Origin: Octopus bimaculoides
Lineage: Eukaryota
Direction of reading: 5' to 3'
DNA length: 64,000 nt
NCBI RefSeq assembly: GCF_001194135.2
Contig: NC_068994.1
Span: forward strand, 53,414,318 to 53,478,317
The notes under the pieces are model-generated. The model saw only the letters and a list, made by a program, of their open reading frames with translations, made no database searches and had not been told where the DNA came from. Below are positions 11,731 to 25,540 of this stretch, piece after piece. The position numbers were made by a program, and so were the translations under genes. The first letter of the stretch is position 1. Each line of letters begins with the position of its first letter.

Positions 11731-14700
11731 GAAAGAGAAAGAAAGAGAGAGAGAGAGAGAGAACGCGACTTCATGGAGATAGCGACTAAATGTTCTTCAA
11801 ATCATACATTTACTGAGTTTTGGGGAGGAGGGGGTTAAAGTGAAAATAAGGAATGTGAAATTGGATAATGTAATCGTAGATATATTAATCAATTCTAATA
11901 AAAAGAGGTGATGTAATGGTTGCAATTCCTTCGATCATAAGCCTGCTCATTAGAATTGATAACAAGAAGGAATCACTGAATAATTCTCCAACAATGTTTT
12001 TCGCAATGGAAATTTTAATTCTTGCACGATTTCAGAATTAGAGTCTGTAGTTCAATTAATTGAACTCCTAATACTTATTCATTTTAAATAGTAATATGGG
12101 TTTCTACAATCGATTGAGCACTGGACAAGAATGCCTTGTGGTATTTACTCAAGTCCCTTTATGTTCTGACTTTAAATTCTACTTGACATTCTTTTCCATT
12201 TTTCCGATGTTGTTAGATCGATTCTCGCCTTCAACAAAATGTGCATCCTTATGACTGCACGTCAGGACACCTAAATTTCTCTCTGGGGAGATTTTCATCA
12301 ATCAGTTTTTCGTCTACAACTTGAAGAGAACGGAGTGAAGATGGTGAAAGTAAATTTGCTGAAATATGAAGAGCATGATCCGGTTGAATGAGGCTACGCA
12401 AAGTATGCGGCTGTAAACTAGGAAATATAGGAGAAAGAAAGGCAGAGGGAGACGGTCGTACAGATTGACAGAAGGCGAGAGAAAGAATATTTGTGTGTAT
12501 GCGTATGAGTATGCTTGCACAAACGTTTGTATAGGCGCAGGCGTGGCTGTGTTATTATCTTTTTCAACTAACAAACTTCTTATGATGAGTTATGTACTCG
12601 ACAGTAACAACAAAAACAAAAAACAATAAGAACCAAGGAAACTAATCCTCGTCTGTATCAAAACGTAAGTCTAAAAGACAAATGTAATGACCAGAGAGAC
12701 TGAAATTGCTTTATGTTTTAAAAGGAAAGTGGGATCCTGCTATGCTCTGACATTTAGAAAATAAAAGATCAAAGCTGGAAAGTCAATTGCAATGAGGCCA
12801 TCAGAGTAAACAAGGTCAATGTTAAGGTGACAGTGAAACTCTAATGGAGTCAATTCCCTAAATTAGGGCAAGTGCTGGACATAATGATATCAGTAATAAG
12901 AGCAGTTATGGAAGCAGTGACAGTGTTACCAGCACCAGAGGTTTTGGCAGCCACAAATACGTTTGAAAATATACTCTAAACGGCGGTGCATCAGCATGGC
13001 CGCAGCTCTGAGCTGAAACTATACAAAAAATATATATATATATATATATATTGTATGTACTAGTGAACCAACGAGGAACATTCTATGTCTTTGTTCGACC
13101 TGCTATATATTTGGTACCCAAGTATCTTTCAAATCGCACCATACATTCATGTAATCTTTGCGAAAATAGGAAGGACACGGTATGATACATACCTACATAC
13201 ATTTTGCCAGTATAAAAGAATAGTGTGCCTACTGCTGGAACCCCTGTTGATCAGAACTGATTGGGGTTAAACAACACACGTGCACGTTTGTGTGTGTGTG
13301 TGTGCGCGCGTTGTTTCTGTGTAAGTATAATCTGCCGATCTAAAAAAAATTATCTGTCAGTAAATTAGTAATGAAGTTTCGTATTATCACAAATATAGCC
13401 TGCTAACATACTAAATACATAAAAACACATTGCTATTGATTCCCCCTATATGAAAAAATATATAAAATATAGCATTACGCAAGAAGACATTCGAGATGAA
13501 TCGTGTATGGAGTGTGCAGTAGTCAAGTAACTTTAAATTCTCTTGACAACTATTCCAAGAAGGTGAAAGAATTGTTTAAATGCTTTACATGTTTCAGAAA
13601 GAAAGAATTGCTTCCAGTGCGAAATAAGCTAAGTGGAGTTGATATAAGATAGCTTCCGCAGTTTACCAATGAAATATATATATATATATATAAATATTAT
13701 GGGGGGGGGGGATATGTATGAACTATTAGTGCGAAAAGCCTTAATGGAATAATGGCTGCTATGCTTTTGTGACTGACTATAAATGGAAAATATTCATACA
13801 TATTTCTCACTGGTTTAATTCATTTTTCTTTTCTCTCTTCCTATTCTTTGGTCCATAATCTTATCCTTTTCACATAATTTCACCATGGAAAATTATCTTT
13901 GGCTTTCTTCTATTCTCTTTCAATACCATATGCATTACACACATATGTGCTTGTGTGTGTGCCTCTCTCTCTCTATATATATATATGTACAAATAGAGAC
14001 ATATACATACATACATACATACAGATGCCTGTGAACAAATGTGAGAGTGAGTGAATGGCCTTTTTTGATAGAGTAGTCAGTGCCTGGAATACACAGCTTC
14101 GCAATAATCGTTCTGATTCTCAGCGCTCTGAGTTCAAATCAAACTGAAGCTGCCTTTGCTATTCATCATTTCGTCGTCCATGAATAAAGAACCAGTCCTG
14201 TCGTACAAATCATTCTTGTGTTTTTGTTGTTCTTTCATAGCGGTGCATTGGCGATTCGCTGAAGTTCAGAGACAACAGCAAGGCATCAAGGAACATAAAA
14301 ATACATACACAGGCACAAGCATTATACACATACACACATTGTCAAAACCAGAAAGGAGAAAGCTAATTCGAAGACTATAGATCCAATCTATCACTGGAGC
14401 TGCAAAAATCTGTAAAACTTACCAGAAGTTTATCATTTAAATATATAAATGAGCATGTCTAGATATGCAACTATGTCTAGATATGCATGAGAATATATGG
14501 ACATATACATCCATACAAGAATACCCTGTTGTTGATGCTGAAATTCCAGTGAAGGAGCCTTGGATCTAGGTTAGAAACCAGTTCTTTCTCTATTGGCCAG
14601 AAATCTTGAAATAAACTAAATAATGATACTCATACATACATTCCTATATAGAGGGTGTACTTAACATCCAAATGATTCGTCTGAGACCGCGATTGCTACG

Positions 14701-15470
14701 TGGAAGACACGGCTTAGTCATTCAAAAGTACACAAAGCCCAGGTCACAGTTCGTGCGACGAAAATGTTGACAGCTAACAAACTTTAAGTGAAGTTAACAT
14801 TCTTTGAGTGCTTTTGAATCGCTAGAATGTATCTTCGACGCTGCAATCGAGAAATATGATAGATAGATATATATATATATATATAAGAGTATATAATTAT
14901 AATTAAGGACACTGGAATGTCAGCGCCTATACGCTAGAAGTGAACGTCAAGTACCTACAATCCACTCAAAATTTGTTCTCTATTTATAACGCAAGGCCCA
15001 ATGCGAGGAAATGGGGAAGAAGATTTACAGATTTCGGATAAACCTATGTCTTAAGATTTCGTGCTCTGTAATGAAGATTACTTTGTACTCCTCAGTGGAG
15101 ATAAACCGACAATACATATACATACCGATAAACGTTTGCGTATAAATACCAATATATACATGCATTTCCCGCGTATACATTAGATTTAATCGCCCATCTC
15201 GGCCATGTTGGTAATGTCAGAAATCATACGGAGTTAATACAGTCCAGCAGCATGATAAAATGACTAGAGAACTCAAAATTAAGCGTGTATTGGGTAAAAC
15301 CCAGTGTATTCCTATTTAACATTTAATATGAACTCTTGCTTAAATTCACTTTATTAGTGGTACACAAATTTAAACACCGGCTACTTCCCAACGGTGTAAC
15401 TAACGTATACGTATTTTGTATGGTAACATAAGAGTCAAGGAAAGAAACAAAGAGTCAATGTAGCACAGGT

Positions 15471-15773
15471 TTAATACTCCGTTACAATTGTTTCAGTAGC
15501 ACTCCGTTTCGAACCACATTATATGTCGTTCATTATGCTTGACAAAATATACAATTGTATAAATTTACACGCTGTGCAACAATTATACATTGTGTGTACA
15601 CCATGTATAGTAGTAGCACAACGTGGTGCTTGTCTGACGAGGTGTTAATCCGGCATATTCAACCGTCTGTAAATTAATAGAGATATTGCATATTTTGTCA
15701 CACATCATAAATTTTATGTATTATAATACGAAACGGAATGGAATTGCACCGACACAATTGTAACGCATATTAA
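15471..15773. mobile_element. Decayed MITE with about 45-bp TIRs, TTAA-flanked
   Basis: ttaatactccgttacaattgtttcagtagcactccgtttcg against the reverse complement ttaatatgcgttacaattgtgtcggtgcaattccattccgtttcg. Confidence 0.55.
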
Positions 15774-16366
15774 ACTTCATCTTCTTTCGTACATGCACGG
15801 GCACAGAATATGTTTTATATATATGGTAATACACACGCAAAAAATAAGTTTAATCTAGACAGCAGCTTAGATAAACGATAGCAAAGAGGAGGAGGATCTC
15901 AGTGGACAAAACATCCAGTGAATGGGTAGAAGACGGAAACATAAAAGTTATAGGTAATTAGATGAGAGACGAATAGTTAATAAAGGCATCAATTGTGGGA
16001 TGGCAGAAAATTGGAATGAAGACAAAGCGGGTTGTATGAGTTTTATATTAAAGGTACGAGGATAAAAATTAACAGACTCTGAAAGGGAAATTTTCAAAGT
16101 ATTGTTGGGTGAAATTTAATTAAAAAAAAAAAACGTCGTAATTACAGACGGAAGTCGAATGCAACACGAAAGCAGACAGATACATATATGTGTGTGTGCA
16201 TACACACATGCATACATACACACAAACACGCATGCACATAGCTTAAATAAAAAGCACAAACACACAAATACACAGATGGAGAGATACACAACACGCACTT
16301 ATATATGTAAATATAAACCTAGATGAAAAAAAATACGCATCTAAACACAAATGTACACACACACAC

Positions 16367-16403
<37 letters not shown>

Positions 16404-17380
16404 CTTTGAATGCATCAGTACAAACCAAACTTGCTGCTGGCAATAAATATCTCTGTGATGTCTGCACGGTCGAAGCTATTGCGATTTTATTTGCTAAAGA
16501 ACATAAGACCGAGTGGATTACGTCTTGCAAACATCGGCTAAAAGATAAATACTTTAATATCCTTTTCACCCTTTGTACACCCGAACGACTAAAGCATGTC
16601 TTTCCAACTGCTTTCCCTTTTTTTTTTTTTATTATATATCTCTCTGTATCCTTTAGATATTGGCCCTTCCTTTATATTTGTACTTTATAACTCTCCTCAT
16701 CTTCATTTTCATCCTCTTATTGTGTTTGTGGTTCCTTATTTATTCATGTTTTATTCAGTCTTCCAGGTTTTTCTTTTATACCTCTTCCTTATATGTTTTG
16801 CGTTTGGTTTTTGCTGTGTTTTATTTTTTTGTTTGTGTTTTTCTATCTGGTCTACTGCCATGTTAATTTTCTGCTATAGCATATATTTCTACATATTTCT
16901 CCTTCCTTTTTTTTTTATTTCTGGTAAAGTCAACAGGCTGTGTAGCCTGAGGCGCTGTTAGGTATATACAAAATACATAAGACTATGATTGGTACATATT
17001 TTATTATCTTATAAGCTGAGACCCAACGCAATTCTTAATAGCATTTCTTTATCGCTACATGAATTGCAGTTTCACTCTTTGGACATGTGTGTTCTCTCTG
17101 AACATTCTAATTTCCTCACGATATACGAATTCATATATTTCCATACGTTGTTCACCTTCCTGCAATCCGGTTTCTATTGAGCTCCACGTTGTGTTTTTGT
17201 TTTGTTTTTGTTTTCTTTAAAGAATTAAGGTATTTCGAGAATTAAAAAAAATTAAACATACTTTCAATAAAGTTTCAAATGAAAAACTGTTTTCACTTAA
17301 CCCTATGTTCTGATTTAATATACTTGAATTAGGTATATGCCATTTACACAAACTATAATATATACGATTAATATTAGTTT

Positions 17381-17592
17381 CAAATTTTGGCACAAGTCCA
17401 GCAATTTTGAGGGAGTGGGTGGGTCGATAACATCGACTAGAATGCTCACCTGGTACTTATTTTTATCGACCTCAAAAGGATGAAAGATGAAGTTGACCTC
17501 GGTATAATTTGAATTTAGAACGTAAACGCTGACGAAATACCTTTAAGCATTTTATTTTGCCTGTTATACTAACGGTTCTGCCAGCTCGCTTC
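17381..17592 (-). mobile_element. SINE family A, near full length
   Basis: Reverse complement reads gcgagctggcagaaccgttag...tttacgttctaaattcaaatt...gaggtcgataaaataagtaccagg...ttgtgccaaaattt. Confidence 0.8.
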
Positions 17593-17998
17593 CTTAATAA
17601 AACAAATAAATGTTCCCTTCTGTTAGATGGGATGCAGTCTATTTGTATTGAATCAAAAAATAATAATTGATGTAAGTCAATTGTTGTTGATCAATATTTG
17701 ACTATTTTCTGTTTACTTTATATATATAACAAAGGGACTCACCTAAACATTCACACTTGCTTCCAAAGCTCTAAATACAGGAATAAATTCTTAATCATAG
17801 CATAATCCCAAATTTAATCAATAAATTTTTTTCAAAACGCTTCTCCATAAGAACCCACCCTCAAACCTAATTAATACCTCGCTCAAACCCTTACATTCAA
17901 GAACGACTTTAATCCAAAAGAGATTATATGAAACGCTAATGCATCTAATGCATAACGTCTTTAATTGTTTCGAGTTTACACTCTTCTTCTGAAATAAA

Positions 17999-18060
17999 GG
18001 ATTGACAAGGAGAGAATATTGGATTAACAAGGAGAGAAAATAAAGGATTGACAAGGAGAA
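17999..18060. repeat. Three copies of a 16-bp motif
   Basis: ggatt(g/a)acaaggaga(g/a) at 22-24 bp spacing. Confidence 0.85.
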
Positions 18061-18075
18061 AAAGAAAATAGAACG

Positions 18076-18079
<4 letters not shown>

Positions 18080-18142
<63 letters not shown>
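18080..18142. repeat. (TG)n microsatellite
   Basis: Direct reading. Confidence 0.95.
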
Positions 18143-18144
<2 letters not shown>

Positions 18145-18485
18145 TCTATATTATATTACATTGTATATGTGAGTAAATGAGCTGCTGTATACTTCTTTTG
18201 GAGAATTCTCTCCTTTTAAAACATTCCACAATCCAGTATTGCTGTGTGTGTCTTTACAGTCGTGATTAGAGATTCGCACACTTGTAAAATAGGAAGTTGA
18301 TAAACTTTGATTATATGAGACTACCATCACAATCGGAAGACGAAACCCCCCTCTAGAAATTTTTCAATTCTAAAAACGCAACATGTTTCAGATAACTACG
18401 TTTATCGGTTAACCGAAAATACAGGAAACGTAAAGAAATATGTATATTTATGTGTTTGTATATTTCTTTGGTTTGTTTCATATGC

Positions 18486-18517
<32 letters not shown>

Positions 18518-19119
18518 ATGCAAACATCTACGCATTAGTGCTTCTCTACACATACGCAGATTAGTTGTATACTGCATACAACCATTTAACTATGTATATA
18601 TAAACATATGTATATTGATACATGTATACACAGATATATACATAAAAGCATATATATATATAAAGAGACATTTATATATACATATACGTGTGTTGTGAGT
18701 GTGCATGTAATCAATATATGTATAAATTTAGATTATAAATACATACATACGTGCGTATGCATCCTGACCACTTTGTAATATATACGTTATTCTGCTACAA
18801 GTTTTTTTTACACACACTCACACACACACGTAGTCGCATGTGTATGCTAGTTTTAATAATGTAAACACTTATAATCGGTATGCATATACGAGTAATACCT
18901 CGAGATTTAAAAGTAACAAGTTATTCCCATGACAGAATCAAAACTCACATCAATGGAAAAGAGAAACGTGCCAAGCACTGCACCACAGCTAAGTGTAATG
19001 ATTGTACATACATATGCGCAGTACATACCAAATTAATCTCACTTTCTCTCTCCCTCTCTCTTTGTCTTTCTTTCTCTTATATATATATGTACTTATATAT
19101 ATATGCACTCATATATACT

Positions 19120-19149
<30 letters not shown>

Positions 19150-19150
<1 letters not shown>

Positions 19151-19470
19151 TCACATATTTATATATATACTCATATATATACTTATATATTTATATACTC
19201 ATATATATATATATATATATATATATACTTATATATTTATATACTCATATATATACATACTTATATATTTATATACTCATATATATACATACTTATATAT
19301 TTATATACTCATATATATACATACTTATATATTTATATACTCATATATATACATACTTATATATTTATATACTCATATATATACATACTTATATATTTAT
19401 ATACACATATATATACATATATACATACTTATATATTTATATACACATATATATACATATATACTTCTAT
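19150..19470. repeat. 32-bp AT-rich minisatellite
   Basis: Unit ctcatatatatacatacttatatatttatata; period 32 confirmed at 19246, 19278, 19310, 19342 and 19374. Confidence 0.9.
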
Positions 19471-19497
19471 ATTTATAAATATATACACATATATGCA

Positions 19498-19536
<39 letters not shown>

Positions 19537-19944
19537 TCATATGTATATAGATAGATAGAGAGAGAGAGAGGAATATTTGCTAGTATCAGATGAAAATACA
19601 TCCCAATGCACATATCAGTTTATTTAATGGTGAAAGTGCAGCACAACCATCAGAAATGGTTCTATTACTAATATTTAAAGTTTTTAAGTTGCTAAGACAT
19701 GCAAAAGACATATCAAGGCCGAAAATAGTTCGAAGAACTAATATTGAATCTAATTATAAGTATAGAAAACTTCAGACCAATGCGTCCAGTTTCATTTTCG
19801 CTGTTTATTTACGAACCTTCAGATTCTTCCGAGCATAGCTTTGCATTTCGTTACTGCTACAAAACCAGTCAAATTCTAAGGTAGTTTTAATCGATCAACC
19901 TCTCCCAGGAAAGTCGTTGATGTTGTGTGTAAATTATTATTTAA

Positions 19945-20162
19945 GGCCTGATGATTGGTGGATCGTTGGATAAAATGCTTTCGGATTTTTGTTTCGACAC
20001 TTTACGTTTTCAGTTCAAATTCCATCGAAGTTAATTTAACCTCACATCTTTCTGAAGATGACAAAATAAATACCAATGAAGATGGAAATTAGCATCAATG
20101 AACAACGCCCCTCCGCCACTCTAAAACTAATTCTGGTTTTGTGCCTAATATAGAAATTATTA
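19945..20162 (+). mobile_element. SINE family A, diverged
   Basis: tttacgttttcagttcaaattcc...aaaataaataccaa...ttttgtgcctaatatagaaattatt. Confidence 0.65.
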
Positions 20163-21329
20163 AAGCTTTGTAGCCTGAAGAACAAAAATGTATGAGAGCG
20201 TTTACATTAGATTGTCAGGTTAGTCCTGAATCTGTAGGGTTCCTCATAGAAAAATATAAAATCTATATCTGACGAGAGGGTGTATATGGCGTATATATTG
20301 TTTTGGAATGAGGAACGGAGCGAAGACGTCAGCTCAGGCAGAACGTCATACACATGTCAGTCTTAATTCCACAATATTTTGACGAAGTGACTGAGGAGAC
20401 GCCGTAACAAATGTCGTTGATGACTTTCGTTCGCGATTCTTAGTTACATTTTTAGCTCAACGAGGGCAGATGGATAGTATCGATGGGCCCTTTAGTTATG
20501 TAAATTCTTTCTTTCAACATGTTGGCCATCATAACCCCACATGACTTCAAAACGATCCCAGACTAGTCCTTTGTAAAGGGTACAAAAGAGAAGAGCTTCT
20601 GGTTGTTCAGAACGGAAAAACAACTGGCTACATATGAAAGTAAGAGTGTCTCTATTCAGATGTGCTGAAGAATCCTAAACAAAAGCAACGGCAATTGCAG
20701 AACATGGAGGCTGCTCTTTATGTGGCCCTATCCGACACGACTCCAAAAGCATCGAAGAATATCACAACGTCCTTCGTTCGAACTGATTGAAAGCAAGCAC
20801 AAGGTGTGGGAGGTTGCTAAGGACAGCATAGAGGGCAAGGGAAGAAACAAATACACCTCAAGATGAGGCAAGCAAACGGTTTGAGGAGAAGCCACCTCCA
20901 CTCGCATCGAAAAAGAGCTCACGGTTCTTCACAAAACAAATGAAGTAATGGAATTCTTAAATGAATAGAAGGAAGACGAAGGTTGTTGCAATGTGCTGAA
21001 TGTGGAGGATTAAAACGAGATTATCAAGAACAGCTATACGATAAGCTGCTAGCAAAAAATCTACCCCACCAGTTCTTTTACTCTTTTACCGGTTTAAGCC
21101 TTCAAACTGGCTATGCTGGGGCACCGCAACTGTTGTTGCTAGGCTTTTTGGGTTGCTTTTGGTGAATGAGAGAGAGTGAGGTTTTGCTACCATCATTTGC
21201 ATTTCTTGCACGAGGGACGTTTATCTCGAATCTTAGGTAATGGGAATTCCAGTTATCTCTTGAAAGCCTCCACATTCACACCATGTAGATACCTCAAGTT
21301 TTTAACAGAATATAGAAGACCAGTGCTAT

Positions 21330-21470
21330 TTCCTCCAGCAGGTGTGAGATTTCTCGTTCAGTTTCACAAAATTATGAACAACACCATTCGCTCTTACATT
21401 ATTAATATAGATTTTTCTAAAGCCTTGAATTATATGTCCAGAACACCTGCGATGCACCTAGACATCTTTT
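21330..21470 (+). mobile_element. Possible LINE reverse transcriptase fragment
   Basis: YIINIDFSKALNY resembles the non-LTR RT motif (Y/F)LDFSKAFD. Single motif only. Confidence 0.3.
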
Positions 21471-22594
21471 TCGGTACACCATTCACAAGCCACTGACAGA
21501 ACGATTTTTAACTGTATTTGTTTAATTACTTTAATCGCATAAATAGCTTCTAAATCATTGTCATTAACGCCTTCATAAAGGATCATGCTCTTCTGCAAAT
21601 TTAGAATCGTGGGGGAAAATGTAATTCCCCGTTTTAAAATCGATATGAAATGTGTTTTATAGATAGAATTTTGCGATGAAAATGCACTGGTTGAGCTATT
21701 ATTACTCCCACCCACTTATATTGCTTAATGCGTTAGTCAAATGAGATAGATAGGACTCTTTTCCTCCCATTTTACTCTTCTCTTCCTCTATCTCTCTTCC
21801 CGTCCCTCTCCCTCCGTCCTCTCTCTCAGCTTCACTCCCTTCATATCCAGGAACAAGTACTGTGTTACACTTTGAAGACTTCTACCACCATCAAAACTAA
21901 ATGTCAACAATACGATCTATTGCTGCTGTTGTTGTTACATATATGCTGCTGTTGCAGTTGTTGTCGTTACTGCTAGTGATGATAATGAAAACGATATCAG
22001 TGATGGTGGTGGTGGCAGCAGGAAATCTCTTGTGACTCATAGCAAAAACTTGATAAGTGACCAGACATTGATAAACCAACGGCCTATAACACTAGTTCTT
22101 CGTGGTGCCATTAGCGACTACTACTATTTCAGAGCTAGTGCCATCAATTATAGATATTACGCTATGGCTGTTTCTAAAAACAGTCATTAATTATTTGATA
22201 TGGCAATTAGGTTAAAAGGAATGAAATAGATGCGTTAATTCGATCTCAAGTGACTTTGCTATTGACATAAATCGTTTCTATCTTGAGATGTTAGCAAGAG
22301 CACAGTTGACGTATGAAATTCGCGGTAGGTTAGGTTTGCGAAGAGCCGTGCCGGCGACCCAGTTTCAACTACTGACTATCGCTTTTCTGTTTCTTTTCTT
22401 TTCTTTTTCTTTTTTAGATTCAGGTCATCCCTGATCGAATATTTCAGTGATCAAAGGCGTTCCAGTCGAGACTATCCCGTCTCTTTCCCAGAAGCAGCAC
22501 ACTCAAAACTGCATGCAGCCTTTTTTCAATATGGTAGAATGTAATTTCAGAGACAGATAGACAAACAAAGAGACAGGTAGAAAGAGAGTGTGTT

Positions 22595-22780
22595 GCCATT
22601 TCTGGCAGATCCCACTGCTTGACAACCGATGTTGTGCTGTTTACCTCCCCACAACTTATTATATCGTTTTCTTTTGCCGGGCCACTGAGTACCTGGCTTT
22701 AAAAATAGTACTAGGGCCGATTTGTTCAGCTAAAGCATTCAAGGCAATATCCCAGCATGGTCGCTGTGACTGAAACATGT
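22595..22780 (+). mobile_element. SINE family B 3' half
   Basis: cttgacaaccgatg...tgtttacctcccc...ccagcatggtcgc...tgactgaaaca. Confidence 0.65.
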
Positions 22781-25164
22781 AAATGATAAATGGCCGTTTG
22801 AAAATTAAAATCTGAGGAACGAGAATAAAGCCATAAGCGAATAATATGTAAACTAGCAGTATCTTTGGATATTACACGGCTATTTTGAATATTGTAAGAC
22901 GGAATTGTATATGCTGGTATCGTGTAAATGACTGAATATCCTATACATATATATAATCTCATTGTGAACCAGTAATTTAAAGGGTCAGCCTTGTCACACA
23001 CACAGCATCATACTGATTCTGTTTTTCAGAATTCAATTTCCGTTTACTAATTCCATTCGCAAATTAAAGTTGATTCAATTTTTGGGCAGTGGTCACTTCT
23101 ACAAGCTTCCGCTTAGCGGAAAGGATCGAATCCTTGATTTCATGATTGCATAGGAAACTCTGAAATATTCAGTCATATTGATCAACACCATTCCTCATTT
23201 GTCACCACACAGACGAGTACAGACACATGCACACAAAGATTCAAACACACATGTGGGCCTGAATGTAATCACAGACGAACGTTTATGAACGCATATATAC
23301 TCGTACAAACGGTCATATACAAACAGACAGACAAAAGCAGCTATTTTTGTTTCGTTGTTATTTGCGAGATTCTGATAAAGAGACGCTGACTAACAGATTA
23401 ATATATATTTTCATGTTGCCATTTGGAACATTGAAATCGAATCTCATAATCGTTTATTGTTGCAAAAGAGGGAAAAGTGAGAAACTGTGTGCGTGTAAAG
23501 AGAGGGCGGGAGATAGAGACAAACACAGCGGTACAGACAAAAAAATCATATGGCGATATAAACAACTAATAAATAGATTATGGCTGGAAATTAATGTTAT
23601 ATAGCATATATTGGAATCAAATACAAACCTAAGAGAATATCTCGTGACTTCAATGAATTTTTTTGCTATCTGTCTATATTAAAGATGTGTGTGTGGTGTA
23701 TACATACACACACACACACATCATATATATGAATGTATGTATATGAATGTATGTATATTCATTAGACCGTGGAATCCATGTAATCCTCTGTTTGTTTTAT
23801 ACATTCTCTATATTTGCCTCTCCCGTCGCCTATTTCTCTTCGTTTTTATTTGATTCCTTGGCTGTCGTCTGCTACTTCGCTCAAATCTGCATTTCTTCCC
23901 ATCGTCGTAAATGGATGAATTGGTATTACAGGAAGGGAGTTCCAACTTCAGTTTTTTTGCGTCTGACGACGAAGTTTTCTTCATTTCCTATACCAGACTG
24001 GTAATGCCGTTGGAGCACCAGGCCCCAAGCTGAGATTTTGTAGTTCCTAATTGCAAACAAATGCCGCCAAAAAAGATTTTATATTCACACGTGTAACGAA
24101 TGAGTTTTGTGCCTCGCATCGACAGTCTCACTGCTTTTTGTTTTTGCAACAGCTCCAGCATGACCTTGTTTCCAACTTGTAAGATCATATTGACCCCTAA
24201 CAACTACATGTCTCTGCATTCACCACCTCCACATACTTGTATTGTGCCGGCTTCGCATATTGTGGTTTGAACCTATGGGCAAGTGGACATCGCACTATCC
24301 CTGTTTGTCGCCTCTTTGGTCTTGAATACTGGACAGATAGTTCCATGATTTTGCCTCGTTAATGGTTAACGCATTAGCTTATATATCTACCAAGATATCC
24401 TTCAGACATTCCTTTGAGGTTACAATGAAAGCAGAACCACTTTACTCTCTGCGAGACAGAAACGTATCACTTTACATCTTAATCATTCTTAGATCAATTT
24501 GTCGGGCAAGAATAGTCATCCTTCTCGGAGACACCACTACAATGTCTTAATTTTGTTTTCTTGTTCACTCTTCTCTACGCCCACAAACTCTTTTGAACAA
24601 ACAACGTTCGCAATTCTGTTTCTGGAATCATACCCAAGTAAAATATGTCCGTCTTGTTGTTATTGCTTGCATTTTCTCCGCAAATGTTTAAATCAATATT
24701 GCCACTCTTTTTCCGTCAAAATGTTATAGTTTTTCTTCATTTTTGTACGTTCAATAATGTTAGCTTTCATTTATTCCTCCTTTTTTAAAACCTGTATTAA
24801 TATTTTTTCTTTCAAAAAGTTTTAACTGAAAGATTTATGCTCATGCTTTTGTTTATGTTAATGCCAGCACATTTGGGTTGAGCAGTTTTTCCCAGTTATT
24901 CCCCAATAAAGGAAACCGTCTTAAAATATGATTATGCAAAACAATTTTAACAAAATGTATTGTATCTTCTCACTGACAAGGAATTTTGTTCTAAAGTAAA
25001 AAAAAGAACAGAACAGACTCTTTTCTTTGTCATAATTCCATGCGACAAAACAAAATAATTCTCCAATTAGAAATATCCAGTATATTTCACTTCCAAACAC
25101 AAGAATGATATGTAGCATAACTTTCCAAGACATGAAATAACAAAACAAATAAAATAATAATCAT

Positions 25165-25540
25165 CGTTTTTTAATATTGGCACAAAGCGAGAATTTAGGG
25201 AAAGAGTTTAATCAGTATCCTGCTACTCGACCGGTTCCTTATTTTATCGTTCCCAAAGCGATGAAAGGCAAAGCTGAGCTCGACAGTTTACGAACTCAGA
25301 ATATATGCATTGTCAAATGATTATACCAAATCACTTCCCTTCAATAATTCTTCACATAGGCTCAAGATCAGAACTTTTGGATGGGCGAGGAAGTTAGTCG
25401 CTTAAATTTTGCCCGATACCTTATTTTATCGGCCCTGGAAAAATAAAAAGCAAATTTGAATCTTTGCAGGATTAGAACTCAAAGAGTAAAGAACCGGAAC
25501 AAACCACAAGGCATTTTCTCCGACGTTTTAATGTTTTTAC
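25165..25540 (-). mobile_element. Two tandem diverged SINE family A copies
   Basis: Two blocks each with ttggcacaa/taggctcaa...ttattttatcg...aaagc...gaactca in reverse orientation. Confidence 0.55.

Noticed and set aside
14640-14830. Possible mariner left end (tatagagggtg); similar lone ends at 16560-16585 and 47610-47722
   Set aside because: No convincing partner TIR or transposase motif.
18880-19558. ORFs of 150-224 aa rich in Y/I/H/T
   Set aside because: Translations of (TA)n and the 32-bp minisatellite; stop-free by composition.
23930-24360. GC-elevated complex block with short ORFs
   Set aside because: All frames interrupted and no motif recognised; nothing supportable.
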